Source: Promethearchaeota archaeon (lineage in GTDB: Archaea; Asgardarchaeota; Hermodarchaeia; Hermodarchaeales; Hermodarchaeaceae). Taken from it: a stretch of 64,000 bases of DNA. The DNA is taken from assembly GCA_048939625.1 (NCBI GenBank), contig JBHLPH010000008.1, positions 23,212-87,211 of the forward strand, in the 5' to 3' direction. This document shows, piece by piece, positions 16,812 through 26,276 of the stretch. Position 1 is the stretch's first letter, and every line of letters starts with the position of its first letter. A model generated the notes under the pieces. The model saw only the letters and a list, made by a program, of their open reading frames with translations, was not told the DNA's origin and searched no databases. The position numbers and the translations under genes were made by a program.

Positions 16812-18020
16812 GTGTCAATATTGCCTTCAAAAGTCTATTTTGGATCCATCCAACACGGCCGAGACGCCCGATTCGCCTCCCTCGGAGCAAAACTCGAAAA
16901 ACTCCTTGAACACCTCGACTTTTCTACCATCGAGAAAAACGATAAAGTTGCCATCAAGATGCACTTGGGCTTTGCTGATGGCTATCAAACCGTCCCAGTC
17001 TTTTTCGTTCGCCGCGTCGTTAAAGCCGTCAAAGAAGCCGGCGGCTGGCCTTTCATCACAGACAATCCCACCGCAGTTTACAATGCTGCTGAAAGAGGAT
17101 ACACCCAAGAAACCTGTGGCTGTCCCCTCATCCCCGTCGCTGGCGTCAAAGACGGTTACACCAAAACAGTCAAAATTAATTTCAAAAAAGTCAAAGAACT
17201 AGAAATGGGTGGTGTCATCCATGATGCCGAAGTCCTCATAGACCTCACCCACGCTAAAGGTCATGCTAACTGCGGATATGGTGGTGCCATCAAAAACATC
17301 GCTCTTGGTGCTTATTCTGGTCCTAGTCGCTGGAACCGAATCCATGGGGTTGAAAACGTCGATCGCTGGTGGGACCCTGAGAAATCCTCACCCGAACATG
17401 CCCAACGACTTGTCGAAGCCTGCCCCTACAATGCCCTAAGCTACGACAAGGAAAAACACCAACTCAACATCGCGCGCTTCCAATGCCACTATGGCAACTG
17501 CACTGAATGCATCAAAGCCGACAAAGATGTTGGCAGTCTCAATCTCAAACCCGAACAATTCGAAGCCTTCCAAAAAATGATGGCTATTGCAGCTAAACAC
17601 GTCACCGATACCTTCGATGAAAACAAGCGTTTCTACATCAACGTCGCCATCGACATCACTCCGCATTGTGATTGCATGGGAATCATCCAACCAGCTGTAG
17701 TTCCACACATTGGTATACTAGCGAGTCGAGATATCGTGGCCATAGATCAAGCCACCCTTGATATGATAGCAGAAAAGGGATTGATCGAAAGCGAGATTCC
17801 CCTTTATTTCAAACATGTTAATCTTGATCCTGATGTTGATTTGCATCCATTTCAGCGGTTGTGGGGTCCATACAAGAATCCCTATAATGTCACCAAGCAT
17901 GGTGAATTGTTAGGAATGGGTCAACGTCAGTATAAGATTACTGAGGTGCTACCGGCAAAGAAGACTCTGACAATGAAACCACCGAAGCATGAATTCGAAC
18001 GAGCCCCTTCATTCTTCTAA
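16812..18020 (+). CDS. DUF362-family Fe-S protein with degenerate ferredoxin insert
   Basis: KVAIKMHLG, THAKGH..GGAIKNIALG, CPYNAL, CDC, ASRDIVAIDQA. Confidence 0.85.
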   Translation: MSILPSKVYFGSIQHGRDARFASLGAKLEKLLEHLDFSTIEKNDKVAIKMHLGFADGYQTVPVFFVRRVVKAVKEAGGWPFITDNPTAVYNAAERGYTQETCGCPLIPVAGVKDGYTKTVKINFKKVKELEMGGVIHDAEVLIDLTHAKGHANCGYGGAIKNIALGAYSGPSRWNRIHGVENVDRWWDPEKSSPEHAQRLVEACPYNALSYDKEKHQLNIARFQCHYGNCTECIKADKDVGSLNLKPEQFEAFQKMMAIAAKHVTDTFDENKRFYINVAIDITPHCDCMGIIQPAVVPHIGILASRDIVAIDQATLDMIAEKGLIESEIPLYFKHVNLDPDVDLHPFQRLWGPYKNPYNVTKHGELLGMGQRQYKITEVLPAKKTLTMKPPKHEFERAPSFF

Positions 18021-18032
18021 AAATTCAGACAT

Positions 18033-18072
18033 AAGGGATCTGATATCAGGTCCCTTTTGGTTTCTTTTTTTT
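18033..18072 (+). terminator. Hairpin + T-tract terminator
   Basis: AAGGGATCTGA-TA-TCAGGTCCCTT followed by T-rich run. Confidence 0.7.
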
Positions 18073-18283
18073 GACCTTTGTTATTTCTATGAAGAGAGAA
18101 AGAAAGGGTTTTTATATACTGGATTTGGTCATCTGGGTGAGGCATTAGCAGATGATAGGTGTTTATTTTCCTAATTGCCTACGAATCAATTAAGATCACC
18201 CACTCCATTTTTACTGCTCAATGTCGTTTATGTGTAGAAGCAAGTACCTTAGTAAGTGGCGACTATAAACGGCAGGTGAAAAT

Positions 18284-19789
18284 ATGACTAAGACGCCAAA
18301 GAAACAGAATAGGCAAGAAACAACAGACCAAGACGAAATCGTAACTTTTCATTATGACAAAGTCGATGATTTCTCAAATTGGTTTACAGAAATCAACAAA
18401 CGAGCGGAACTCTCAGACCAACGCTATGGTGTGAAAGGACTGGTGGTGTTCCGTGCGTGGACAACCGTGACACTGAAAATCATGTACCGGTTGCTCGAAG
18501 AAGCTCTCGAAGCTCATGGGCATTTACCCGTCATTTTCCCTGCCTTGGTTCCAGAGTCGAACCTTATCCGAGAAGCCGAACATGTTGAAGGGTTTGCTCC
18601 GGAGGTCTTCTGGTGCACACGTTCAGGGGCGGATAACGTCTTTGAGGAACCGTTGGCGTTACGTCCGACCAGTGAGTCCGCTATGTATCCGATGTATGCG
18701 TTATGGATTCGTAGTTGGCGGGACTTACCTTTCAAACGGTATCAGAGCGTTGCCATTTGGCGATATGACACCAAGATGACTCGGCCTTTCCTACGAGGTC
18801 GCGAATTCTATTGGATTGAAGCCCATGATGTATTTGCCACTGCCAAAGAGGCGGAAGACCAGGTCCTTGAGGATTTGTCGATTACGACGGAATTTGTGGA
18901 AGGGCATCTAGCAATGCCAATCATTGTGCTCATTCGACCGCAATGGGATAAATTCCCAGGAGCTGATTACACTGTTGCAGGTGAGTCCATTCTTCCGGAT
19001 GGGCGATTCATCCAGAATTCAACAAGCCATATGCTTGGAGACAACTTTGCCAAAGCCTATGGCGTTAAATATGTCGATGAAAACGAAGAGGAGCAATTTG
19101 CCCAGCAGACTTGCTTTGGTCCAGGATTAAGCCGCATGTATGGTGCCCTCATTATCATGCATGGTGACGATGATGGTCTCATCTTCCCATTTGAAATGGC
19201 TCCACTTCAGGTTGTGATTGTCCCAATTCCGAAGAAGGGTGCAAAACAAGCAGTTGAAGTTCGCTGTTGTGAAATAGAGAACCGCCTTCGCAAATCGGGT
19301 ATCCGGGTTCATTTTGACAACACCGATAAACGTCCAGGCGATAAATACTACCACTGGGAAATGCGAGGGGTGCCTTTACGTCTTGAAATTGGGAACCGTG
19401 AAGTACAAGATCAAACCGTTACAATCTTTCGCCGTGATCTACGTACTCGAGAAACGATTCCATCGAAGACCCTTGTTAAATCAGTAGAAAAAACTGGAAA
19501 CGCTGTTACAAAGGAACTCTGGCAGCGAGCGAAAGCGCATTTTGACAACTCCTTTCAAGATGCGGATACCTTCGAAGAAATCTGTGATATCATCGAACAA
19601 AATAAAGCCGCTCGCATAAACTTCTGCACTTTGGAAATGAAAGGACGTAGTTGTGCTGAAAAAATCAAAGAAGCTACGGGTGCCGATATCCGGGGAGTGA
19701 AATTAGGAGAGAAAGAGAAACCCTGGGGGCCCTGTCCGATTTGTGGGGAATCAGCTACGGTAGTTGCTTATGTAGGAAAACAATACTAA
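18284..19789 (+). CDS. proS: Proline--tRNA ligase (archaeal/eukaryotic type)
   Basis: HVEGFAPEV, LRPTSES, FLRGREFYW, APLQVVIVPI, GVPLRLEIG, C-terminal CPIC..Y. Confidence 0.97.
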   Translation: MTKTPKKQNRQETTDQDEIVTFHYDKVDDFSNWFTEINKRAELSDQRYGVKGLVVFRAWTTVTLKIMYRLLEEALEAHGHLPVIFPALVPESNLIREAEHVEGFAPEVFWCTRSGADNVFEEPLALRPTSESAMYPMYALWIRSWRDLPFKRYQSVAIWRYDTKMTRPFLRGREFYWIEAHDVFATAKEAEDQVLEDLSITTEFVEGHLAMPIIVLIRPQWDKFPGADYTVAGESILPDGRFIQNSTSHMLGDNFAKAYGVKYVDENEEEQFAQQTCFGPGLSRMYGALIIMHGDDDGLIFPFEMAPLQVVIVPIPKKGAKQAVEVRCCEIENRLRKSGIRVHFDNTDKRPGDKYYHWEMRGVPLRLEIGNREVQDQTVTIFRRDLRTRETIPSKTLVKSVEKTGNAVTKELWQRAKAHFDNSFQDADTFEEICDIIEQNKAARINFCTLEMKGRSCAEKIKEATGADIRGVKLGEKEKPWGPCPICGESATVVAYVGKQY

Positions 19790-19822
19790 CGAACAGAACT
19801 TAGTCTGACTCAACGAATATTT

Positions 19823-20230
19823 TCAATTTCGAGGATTCAGTTCCATCCATCGACGAATGGCAGGATATTTTCCTGGGAAATTCCGGTCGATGTACAAGAA
19901 GACAGTAAAGAGGAGATCACGATCGAATTCTGGGCCAAAGGCGATGTCTTGGATACCATCATCGCCATAAAAGTAGATGTTCTCACTAGGCTTGACGGTG
20001 ATACTGGCTTCGCTACCATCCACGTAGTAGTCCCAGCGAATGAATAATTTCGAGAAAAACTCGATATCCAATGGGCGTTCAAGCGTGATATTCGCGTATC
20101 CTGATGCAGTGACTTCGATTTCCAAGTTCTCCAGAAAAATAGTGTCCCCTTGAATGAGAGGTTCCACTCCAGCCAGAAGTGAAATTAATGCCTCTTTGCA
20201 CGACTGCTTGGCTGCTTCATTAGTCGACAA
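19823..20230 (-). CDS. Hypothetical protein
   Basis: 135-aa ORF filling the gap, protein-like composition, no recognised motif. Confidence 0.6.
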   Translation of the reverse strand: MSTNEAAKQSCKEALISLLAGVEPLIQGDTIFLENLEIEVTASGYANITLERPLDIEFFSKLFIRWDYYVDGSEASITVKPSENIYFYGDDGIQDIAFGPEFDRDLLFTVFLYIDRNFPGKYPAIRRWMELNPRN

Positions 20231-20328
20231 GCCCGATATCCCACATGACCATTACAACAATCGTTTTTTACTATTGCGTTTTACATCAGACAAAGGTAAC
20301 TGAAATCTAAGAAACCAATGGAGAGGAT

Positions 20329-20811
20329 TTAGCGATTTAAGTCGGTAGCCTTCACTTCAAGGACATCGTAAGCGAGTCCGGTGGCAATCTGGATGATATC
20401 TCGACATTTCGACTCCCATAGCTTATCTTCTCGATATTTCTGTAATCCCTCCTCACTGGAAATGTCCAATTTCAACAAGTCTTTACATCCGATATGTCCA
20501 AAGCGTGTTATGAATAAATTCAACATAGTGTGACTGTACTCATACGGAGATTCGCCTTCAGGAGTTTCTGATGGATGGTTTCGTCCAAACTGCAAACCTA
20601 ATCCTAATATCGCCCCTGACAACGCTCCGCAGATTTCACCATGTCGACCAATCCCTGCCCCGAAACCAGTCGCAATCCGTGGAATCAGATTGCTTTTCAC
20701 TCCCAGTGTCTTACTCAAAGCTAAACAGACTGATTCCGAACAAAGAAATCCCTCTTCAGCAAATACCTTCGCCTGATTCATAGTCTCCTTTTTCGATAAC
20801 ATCAGAAGCAC
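20329..20811 (-). CDS. C_GCAxxG_C_C family putative redox protein
   Basis: FLCSESV, GFGAGIG..ICGALSGA, GCKDL, KC. Confidence 0.9.
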   Translation of the reverse strand: MLLMLSKKETMNQAKVFAEEGFLCSESVCLALSKTLGVKSNLIPRIATGFGAGIGRHGEICGALSGAILGLGLQFGRNHPSETPEGESPYEYSHTMLNLFITRFGHIGCKDLLKLDISSEEGLQKYREDKLWESKCRDIIQIATGLAYDVLEVKATDLNR

Positions 20812-20838
20812 CTTAGGCTTCTACCGCTGGGTAACTCC

Positions 20839-22863
20839 TCAATTAGTTTCCGGTTGGACCTCAGGAGTTGCGCATTCCTGATCACTAGTTGTTGGGCTTG
20901 AATCATGACGATATCGCCAGAGAATAAATCCAAGAATGATTAAAGTTATGGGTAGTATGACTAGTTGAAGAAAGGCGCTTAGGAAGGAGACGATTACCAA
21001 CGTAACAGCAGATCCAGCGATAAATCCGACAGCAATAACTTGACCTTTTTTCGCAAACCATTCCTTACCATATTTCCGGTCTGTATAGAGTCGAAGGAAT
21101 CCGCCAATAGAGAAAGGAATAAAGTACGAAGGCGGCAGGAAGATTGCCAATGCAACACCGAGGGTGGAGATGGGAAAGGCAATCGCTAGTAAACCCACTA
21201 CAAGCCCCGCAAGTAAGAAAGCGACAATATTGAAACCAGCAGCCAGGGCGTTGAGGGCGAAGATTGAAACGATGGCAAATCCTTGAAGAACACCAACCGC
21301 CGGAAACACTTCTGTCGGAAATCCAATAAGATACCATGCTGCAAGCACAAATACAACGCTTGTGATCGTACCAGGAAATACTTTGATGAGCTGGGCAGCA
21401 AGAATCGAGCGTCGTGGTGTCTCAGTCATGGCACCAATTCTAATGTTTCCAAGCGTGTCAGTGGTCGTGAAAGGATTAATTGCTGGATAAGCAAGAAATG
21501 TTGTATACCCTTGAAGTCCGATTACAGCCAAAGGAATTTCATAGAACGCTAGTCGTTGGACGCCCATTCCAATCCCTGCTTCGCCAACGAATTTCACGAG
21601 AACAAAAGTGTCAATGAGAGCAATAGGCAGCAAAAGGAGCACTGCGATAACAACACTCATCCATATGGGCAGAGGTGAGAAGACGTTTAAACCAATAATG
21701 ATGAATACGAAAATAACGATGATAGAAAGATAAGCTACGCCTAATCGCCGGTTTCGCGCTAATCCGAGGAAATAAGTCTTCGCATAGGTTCCAAACCCAA
21801 CATTACTTTCTTCTTCTGATTCTTTTTGTTCCGGGTTATTTTCTGCCGAGTTTGGCTTCTTTCGTAACTTCGCGTAAACGAACACTACAACCCCACTAAG
21901 GAGCATAATTCCAAGAGCTGGTGCTAGCATATATTCAAAAAGGAGGTTGAAATAGAGGTCCATTCCTGTAATAGCCGGAGTTACGATTCCTAAGGAGACA
22001 AGAATCGGTGAAATAACCAGGTAAGTGATTATCCCGGCAAACAACATCGTAATAGAAACCTTTGGATCAATAATGTACGAAATGGCCATCAAGCTGATAT
22101 TAAGCATGAAGCCTAATGCAAAGCCAGGAATTAGAAGGGGCGTAAAGTCCCACCCAAGCGTTGTTAGTCCAAAGGGTAGGACCAGGACGTTGACAAAATA
22201 CTGAATCACAGTTACCATAATGCCGATTCCTAGCCAGCGAAACATGAATCGACTTTTTTGTCCGGTCTCCATACAAGTGTTGATTGTCACACCACTCGCG
22301 GTGTAAAACGGAAACCTAGTTTGTTTACGAGACTGTACATAATCAGCCACTGCTAGTGCCGCAATGAATCCAAGGAGCGTGCTAATCCAGACAAAGCCAA
22401 TGTGAAATATGACTGGGGGAATCCAGTTGGGATCAAAGGGGCTCCCATATAGCAGCACATCTTTTGGTGGAACCAACCACCATGGAAGCGTATATGCAGT
22501 GTACGCTTGCACATACATTGAGATGGTAAGAGTGTAATAGACTACAAATCCAGTTGAAGCGATCATCGTTGTAGTTATTTCTTGACGATTCGATCCTCCG
22601 CGAGCAATATGAAAGAGCGTGTACGCTGTGAGTACTGTAACGATGCCAAACCCAAGACCGAAGCCAAAGTTCATACCCAAATAGGCATTGATAATCGTGT
22701 AAACCACATTAAGAACAAGGGCTAAGGTCATGCCACGTAACGTTAGAGCACGGACAGATGGTTTCTGTGACTCTTCTGGGAGGGTGCATTCCTCGTCTGT
22801 TATTGGTTGAGGTGTGTAGCCGTCTTCTCCAGTTTCGTCACCCAGATGTTCAGAATTAGTCAT
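20839..22863 (-). CDS. OPT/YSL-family oligopeptide transporter
   Basis: ALTLRG..NAYLGMNFG N-terminus, many TM segments, IGAMTETPRR..AQL. Confidence 0.75.
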   Translation of the reverse strand: MTNSEHLGDETGEDGYTPQPITDEECTLPEESQKPSVRALTLRGMTLALVLNVVYTIINAYLGMNFGFGLGFGIVTVLTAYTLFHIARGGSNRQEITTTMIASTGFVVYYTLTISMYVQAYTAYTLPWWLVPPKDVLLYGSPFDPNWIPPVIFHIGFVWISTLLGFIAALAVADYVQSRKQTRFPFYTASGVTINTCMETGQKSRFMFRWLGIGIMVTVIQYFVNVLVLPFGLTTLGWDFTPLLIPGFALGFMLNISLMAISYIIDPKVSITMLFAGIITYLVISPILVSLGIVTPAITGMDLYFNLLFEYMLAPALGIMLLSGVVVFVYAKLRKKPNSAENNPEQKESEEESNVGFGTYAKTYFLGLARNRRLGVAYLSIIVIFVFIIIGLNVFSPLPIWMSVVIAVLLLLPIALIDTFVLVKFVGEAGIGMGVQRLAFYEIPLAVIGLQGYTTFLAYPAINPFTTTDTLGNIRIGAMTETPRRSILAAQLIKVFPGTITSVVFVLAAWYLIGFPTEVFPAVGVLQGFAIVSIFALNALAAGFNIVAFLLAGLVVGLLAIAFPISTLGVALAIFLPPSYFIPFSIGGFLRLYTDRKYGKEWFAKKGQVIAVGFIAGSAVTLVIVSFLSAFLQLVILPITLIILGFILWRYRHDSSPTTSDQECATPEVQPETN

Positions 22864-23075
22864 CGATGGCTCCTCGAACCTTCACTTAGTCTTTAGGATG
22901 TTTGTGAGTTTGTTCATTGCGCTGTTTGTAGTACATATTGTTTGTGAAGATTGCATAAAATCGCATTATTCATCACCAAGATAGTCTAGATGTGGTCAGT
23001 ACCCTAATGCTATCTGTGAAAAACTGACCAAAAGAATGGGCACACACTGAACAGATACGCGTAACTGGCAAGACA

Positions 23076-24302
23076 GTGCGACTCAAATACTACAAACTCT
23101 CTCTGAGAAGTGAGGTACGGGTTACAATGATTGACTTCCAATTAACGAATGAACAACTATCTCTTCAAGCCAAAGCACGAGAATTTGCCCTCAATGAAGT
23201 ACTCCCGGTCGCTCAGCACTATGATCAAACTGGCGAATTTCCCCGTGATGTTATCGCTAAAGCTCATAAAGCAGGGCTCATGAACCTTGGGATACCTAAG
23301 GAGTTTGGCGGACCAGGATATGGGTCCTTTGAGTCAGTTCTTGTTGTCGAAGAATTTTCCGCCGCTTGTGCAGGGATGACAACTTCGATTTATGTTAACG
23401 ATTTGGGTACGACCCCAATCATTCTTGGTGGGAGTGAAATTCAGAAGAAGACGTGGCTTACGCCTTTCTCTAATGAGCTACGGTTTGCTTCCTTTGCAAC
23501 CAGTGAACCTGGTATGGGTTCAGACGTGGCAGGAATACAAACTAGCTACGAACGCAAAGGTGACACCTTTATCCTTAACGGAAACAAATTTTGGATAACG
23601 AATGGAAATCACGCTGACCTGTTCGTTATCTTCGCCCGACAAAAGGGAACCAAACGTCATAACGGGCTCTCTGCGTTTATTGTTCCTAAGGAAACGAAGG
23701 GCCTCTCAACAGGTAAACCCCTCAAAAAACTCGGACATCGCGCCTCCGATACAGCTGCGGTGATCCTCAGGAATGCTGAGATACCTGCTGAGAATCTCCT
23801 TGCTGGGGAAGGCATGGGCTTTCTCCTTGCTATGATGACCTTTGTTAAAACCCGGCCAGCCATTGGTGCTATGGCTACCGGTCTAGCTCGATCAGCTATG
23901 GAGTATGCCATCAACTACGCGAAACAGCGCGAAGCCTTCGAGAAAAAAATCAGCAGCTTTCAAGCCATTCAGGACATGGTCGCAGACATGTATGCGCGTA
24001 TCGAAGCCATTCGCCTTCTCACCTGGAAAGCGGCTTGGATGGTGGACCAAAAAACCGATGGCAACATCGCCAACGTTGCTTCAAGCTGCGCTAAACTCGT
24101 TGGAGCAGAAGATGCTATGAAAATCGTCACGGATGCGCTCCAAATCTATGGTGGTAAAGGATACCTGGAACAGTATCCAATCCAGAAGCTCTTCCGTGAT
24201 GCGAAACTCTACCAGATTTATGAGGGAACTAGTCAAATCCAACGTTATGTCATATCGCGGTATCTCTTCAAGGAATACGAACCCATTTTACAGAACTTCT
24301 AA
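23076..24302 (+). CDS. Acyl-CoA dehydrogenase
   Basis: SEPGMGSD, LNGNKFWITNG, KLGHRASDT, GGKGY, YEGTSQIQ; likely start ATG 23127. Confidence 0.95.
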   Translation: MRLKYYKLSLRSEVRVTMIDFQLTNEQLSLQAKAREFALNEVLPVAQHYDQTGEFPRDVIAKAHKAGLMNLGIPKEFGGPGYGSFESVLVVEEFSAACAGMTTSIYVNDLGTTPIILGGSEIQKKTWLTPFSNELRFASFATSEPGMGSDVAGIQTSYERKGDTFILNGNKFWITNGNHADLFVIFARQKGTKRHNGLSAFIVPKETKGLSTGKPLKKLGHRASDTAAVILRNAEIPAENLLAGEGMGFLLAMMTFVKTRPAIGAMATGLARSAMEYAINYAKQREAFEKKISSFQAIQDMVADMYARIEAIRLLTWKAAWMVDQKTDGNIANVASSCAKLVGAEDAMKIVTDALQIYGGKGYLEQYPIQKLFRDAKLYQIYEGTSQIQRYVISRYLFKEYEPILQNF

Positions 24303-24314
24303 AGAATTCTGGTT

Positions 24315-24977
24315 CTACGTGCGATATTTGATAATCAACGAAATGATTGCGTGGGCAATTTCGTTCGTTAAATCGCCTAGTCTCCCAAGAAGCTTCACCA
24401 CATCATGTAAAATAACAAAGGTGGATGTCCGCATTTTAAATTCCATTAACAGCTTCAAGGTTTCAAATTCGACATTTCGATTCTTATTCCGGATTGGTCT
24501 TATTTTTTGCGCTTCCTCAAGCGCGGAATCAAAACTCGAACCTAACAGTTCAATACTTCCTACCACTGCAGTCGTAGCTTCAAGGCAATAAGCACCCATT
24601 TGGCAAAGCTTCTTTTTAATTTCCAGTTCTATTGGTTCATCAACAAGGCGGAGTTTACGAACAATAATTTCACTCCGATCCGCAATACTATCCATCTTTT
24701 CAACTAGAGAATAACGTTCACTACTTGTGACGGGAAGTGCGGTGACTCGAAGTTTCTCATCAATATGCTCTTCAGCACGGTCTGCTTTTGATTCAAGTTC
24801 GAGTACACGTTCTGCCAATTTCTCTTCTTGGTTTTTCAGGCGTTTCTTAGGCTTCTTTTTCAAAATGACATCAAGGTATTCACTAAGTGCAGTGACTGCT
24901 TCCAAAACGATATTGGCATGCTCATGAATGAGTTCACTTATCGCCTGTTCCTCTTTTTTCCGCCACAAACCTAACAC
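24315..24977 (-). CDS. DUF47 / PhoU-like phosphate transport regulator
   Basis: LESKAD, MDSIAD helical pattern; directly downstream of PiT transporter. Confidence 0.85.
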   Translation of the reverse strand: MLGLWRKKEEQAISELIHEHANIVLEAVTALSEYLDVILKKKPKKRLKNQEEKLAERVLELESKADRAEEHIDEKLRVTALPVTSSERYSLVEKMDSIADRSEIIVRKLRLVDEPIELEIKKKLCQMGAYCLEATTAVVGSIELLGSSFDSALEEAQKIRPIRNKNRNVEFETLKLLMEFKMRTSTFVILHDVVKLLGRLGDLTNEIAHAIISLIIKYRT

Positions 24978-25049
24978 CTGATGGACGTTTTAGGACTATC
25001 TAGTCTAAAACGCTTTGCATAATTTAAACGAAATTACAACATGACTCAT

Positions 25050-26066
25050 TTAAAATCCCCCCAATACGAGAAAGAAGGGTCTAATCATCATGTAAAGCCA
25101 GAATAATCCCACAGCCAAAAGAGCAGACAGGGGGACCGTTAGAAACGATGCAATAATAATCTTGTTTAGTCCAGGTCCTCTCACTGGATTGCGATTAGCT
25201 ATTCCAACACCCACCACCGCTGCCACCAAGACATGTGTTCCAGATAAGGGGATTCCCCATAGTGTACCAACAAAAAGCACCGTGGCCACTGCAAGTTCCG
25301 CAGAAAAACTTGTACTAGGTCGTAGTTCGGTTACTTCCATCCCAACAGTCGCAACCACTCGTCGACCTATTAAGAATAAGCCAACCGCCATACCAATGCC
25401 TCCCAGAAGTAAAAACCATGACCAGAACGTAGGATCTGGAAAAATCATAGTTAAAATCCCAACCGCTTTCGAAACATCATTACCTCCCCGACTTAATGCA
25501 GTAATTACAACGACCACTAGTAACAACCATCCAAAGATCCGCTCGAATCTTTCGATTTTATCTAAACTTGTTGCTCGCGGTAAGATGGTTTTTCTTACCA
25601 CAAATTGTACCAAAAGGGCAATCGCTAACCCGAAAATCGGGCTTAGAATCCAGCCAATTACGATTTCAGTAATTGTTACCCAGTTGATTAATGGTCCCAT
25701 AGTAGCTAGCTCAATCACGAGTCCGACTCCCAAGACGCAGCCCACAATCGAATGGGTTGTTGAGATCGGATAACCACGAATTGATGCGATTAAGAGCCAA
25801 ATTGCCATCGCTATAACGAGTACCAAAACGATATCGAAAGGAAGGGGAGTAAGCACCATGTCTTGCCCAATTGTCTCTGATACTCCCGCACCCAATAATT
25901 GGGCCCCAATAATTTGAAGACACATCCCAAGTAGAATCGCAGCATTGAGTTTGAGAACCTTTCCACCCACCACGCTAGCCATCGTCTCATCGTTTGCCCC
26001 AATTGCCACCGCCACAATGAATACAAGTACAAAGAGGATGATGATCCAGACGAGTGGCGAAATCAT
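25050..26066 (-). CDS. pit: PiT-family inorganic phosphate transporter
   Basis: GAND, PISTTHSIVG, GGNDVSKAVG, PLSGTH signatures. Confidence 0.93.
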   Translation of the reverse strand: MISPLVWIIILFVLVFIVAVAIGANDETMASVVGGKVLKLNAAILLGMCLQIIGAQLLGAGVSETIGQDMVLTPLPFDIVLVLVIAMAIWLLIASIRGYPISTTHSIVGCVLGVGLVIELATMGPLINWVTITEIVIGWILSPIFGLAIALLVQFVVRKTILPRATSLDKIERFERIFGWLLLVVVVITALSRGGNDVSKAVGILTMIFPDPTFWSWFLLLGGIGMAVGLFLIGRRVVATVGMEVTELRPSTSFSAELAVATVLFVGTLWGIPLSGTHVLVAAVVGVGIANRNPVRGPGLNKIIIASFLTVPLSALLAVGLFWLYMMIRPFFLVLGGF

Positions 26067-26276
26067 GAGTTAATGCTCCCTGTGTGATTATCCCGATGGT
26101 AATCACCATAATCTCTATATTTTCTATAGTTATGGGCTTTTCGAGGGCTAGTAAAAGAATTTTTCGACGTTGTATTAGAAATAATTCAACATACTGCTCC
26201 ACATAGAAATAGGAGCACTCCACAGAAAAGTCGGAGAGGGGGACGTTTTATCCCCATTAGATGAATATTCTGGAAG

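Noticed and set aside
25162-25773. Long antisense ORFs such as this 203-aa one (also 35493-35966, 24133-24591)
   Set aside because: Shadows of well-supported genes on the opposite strand
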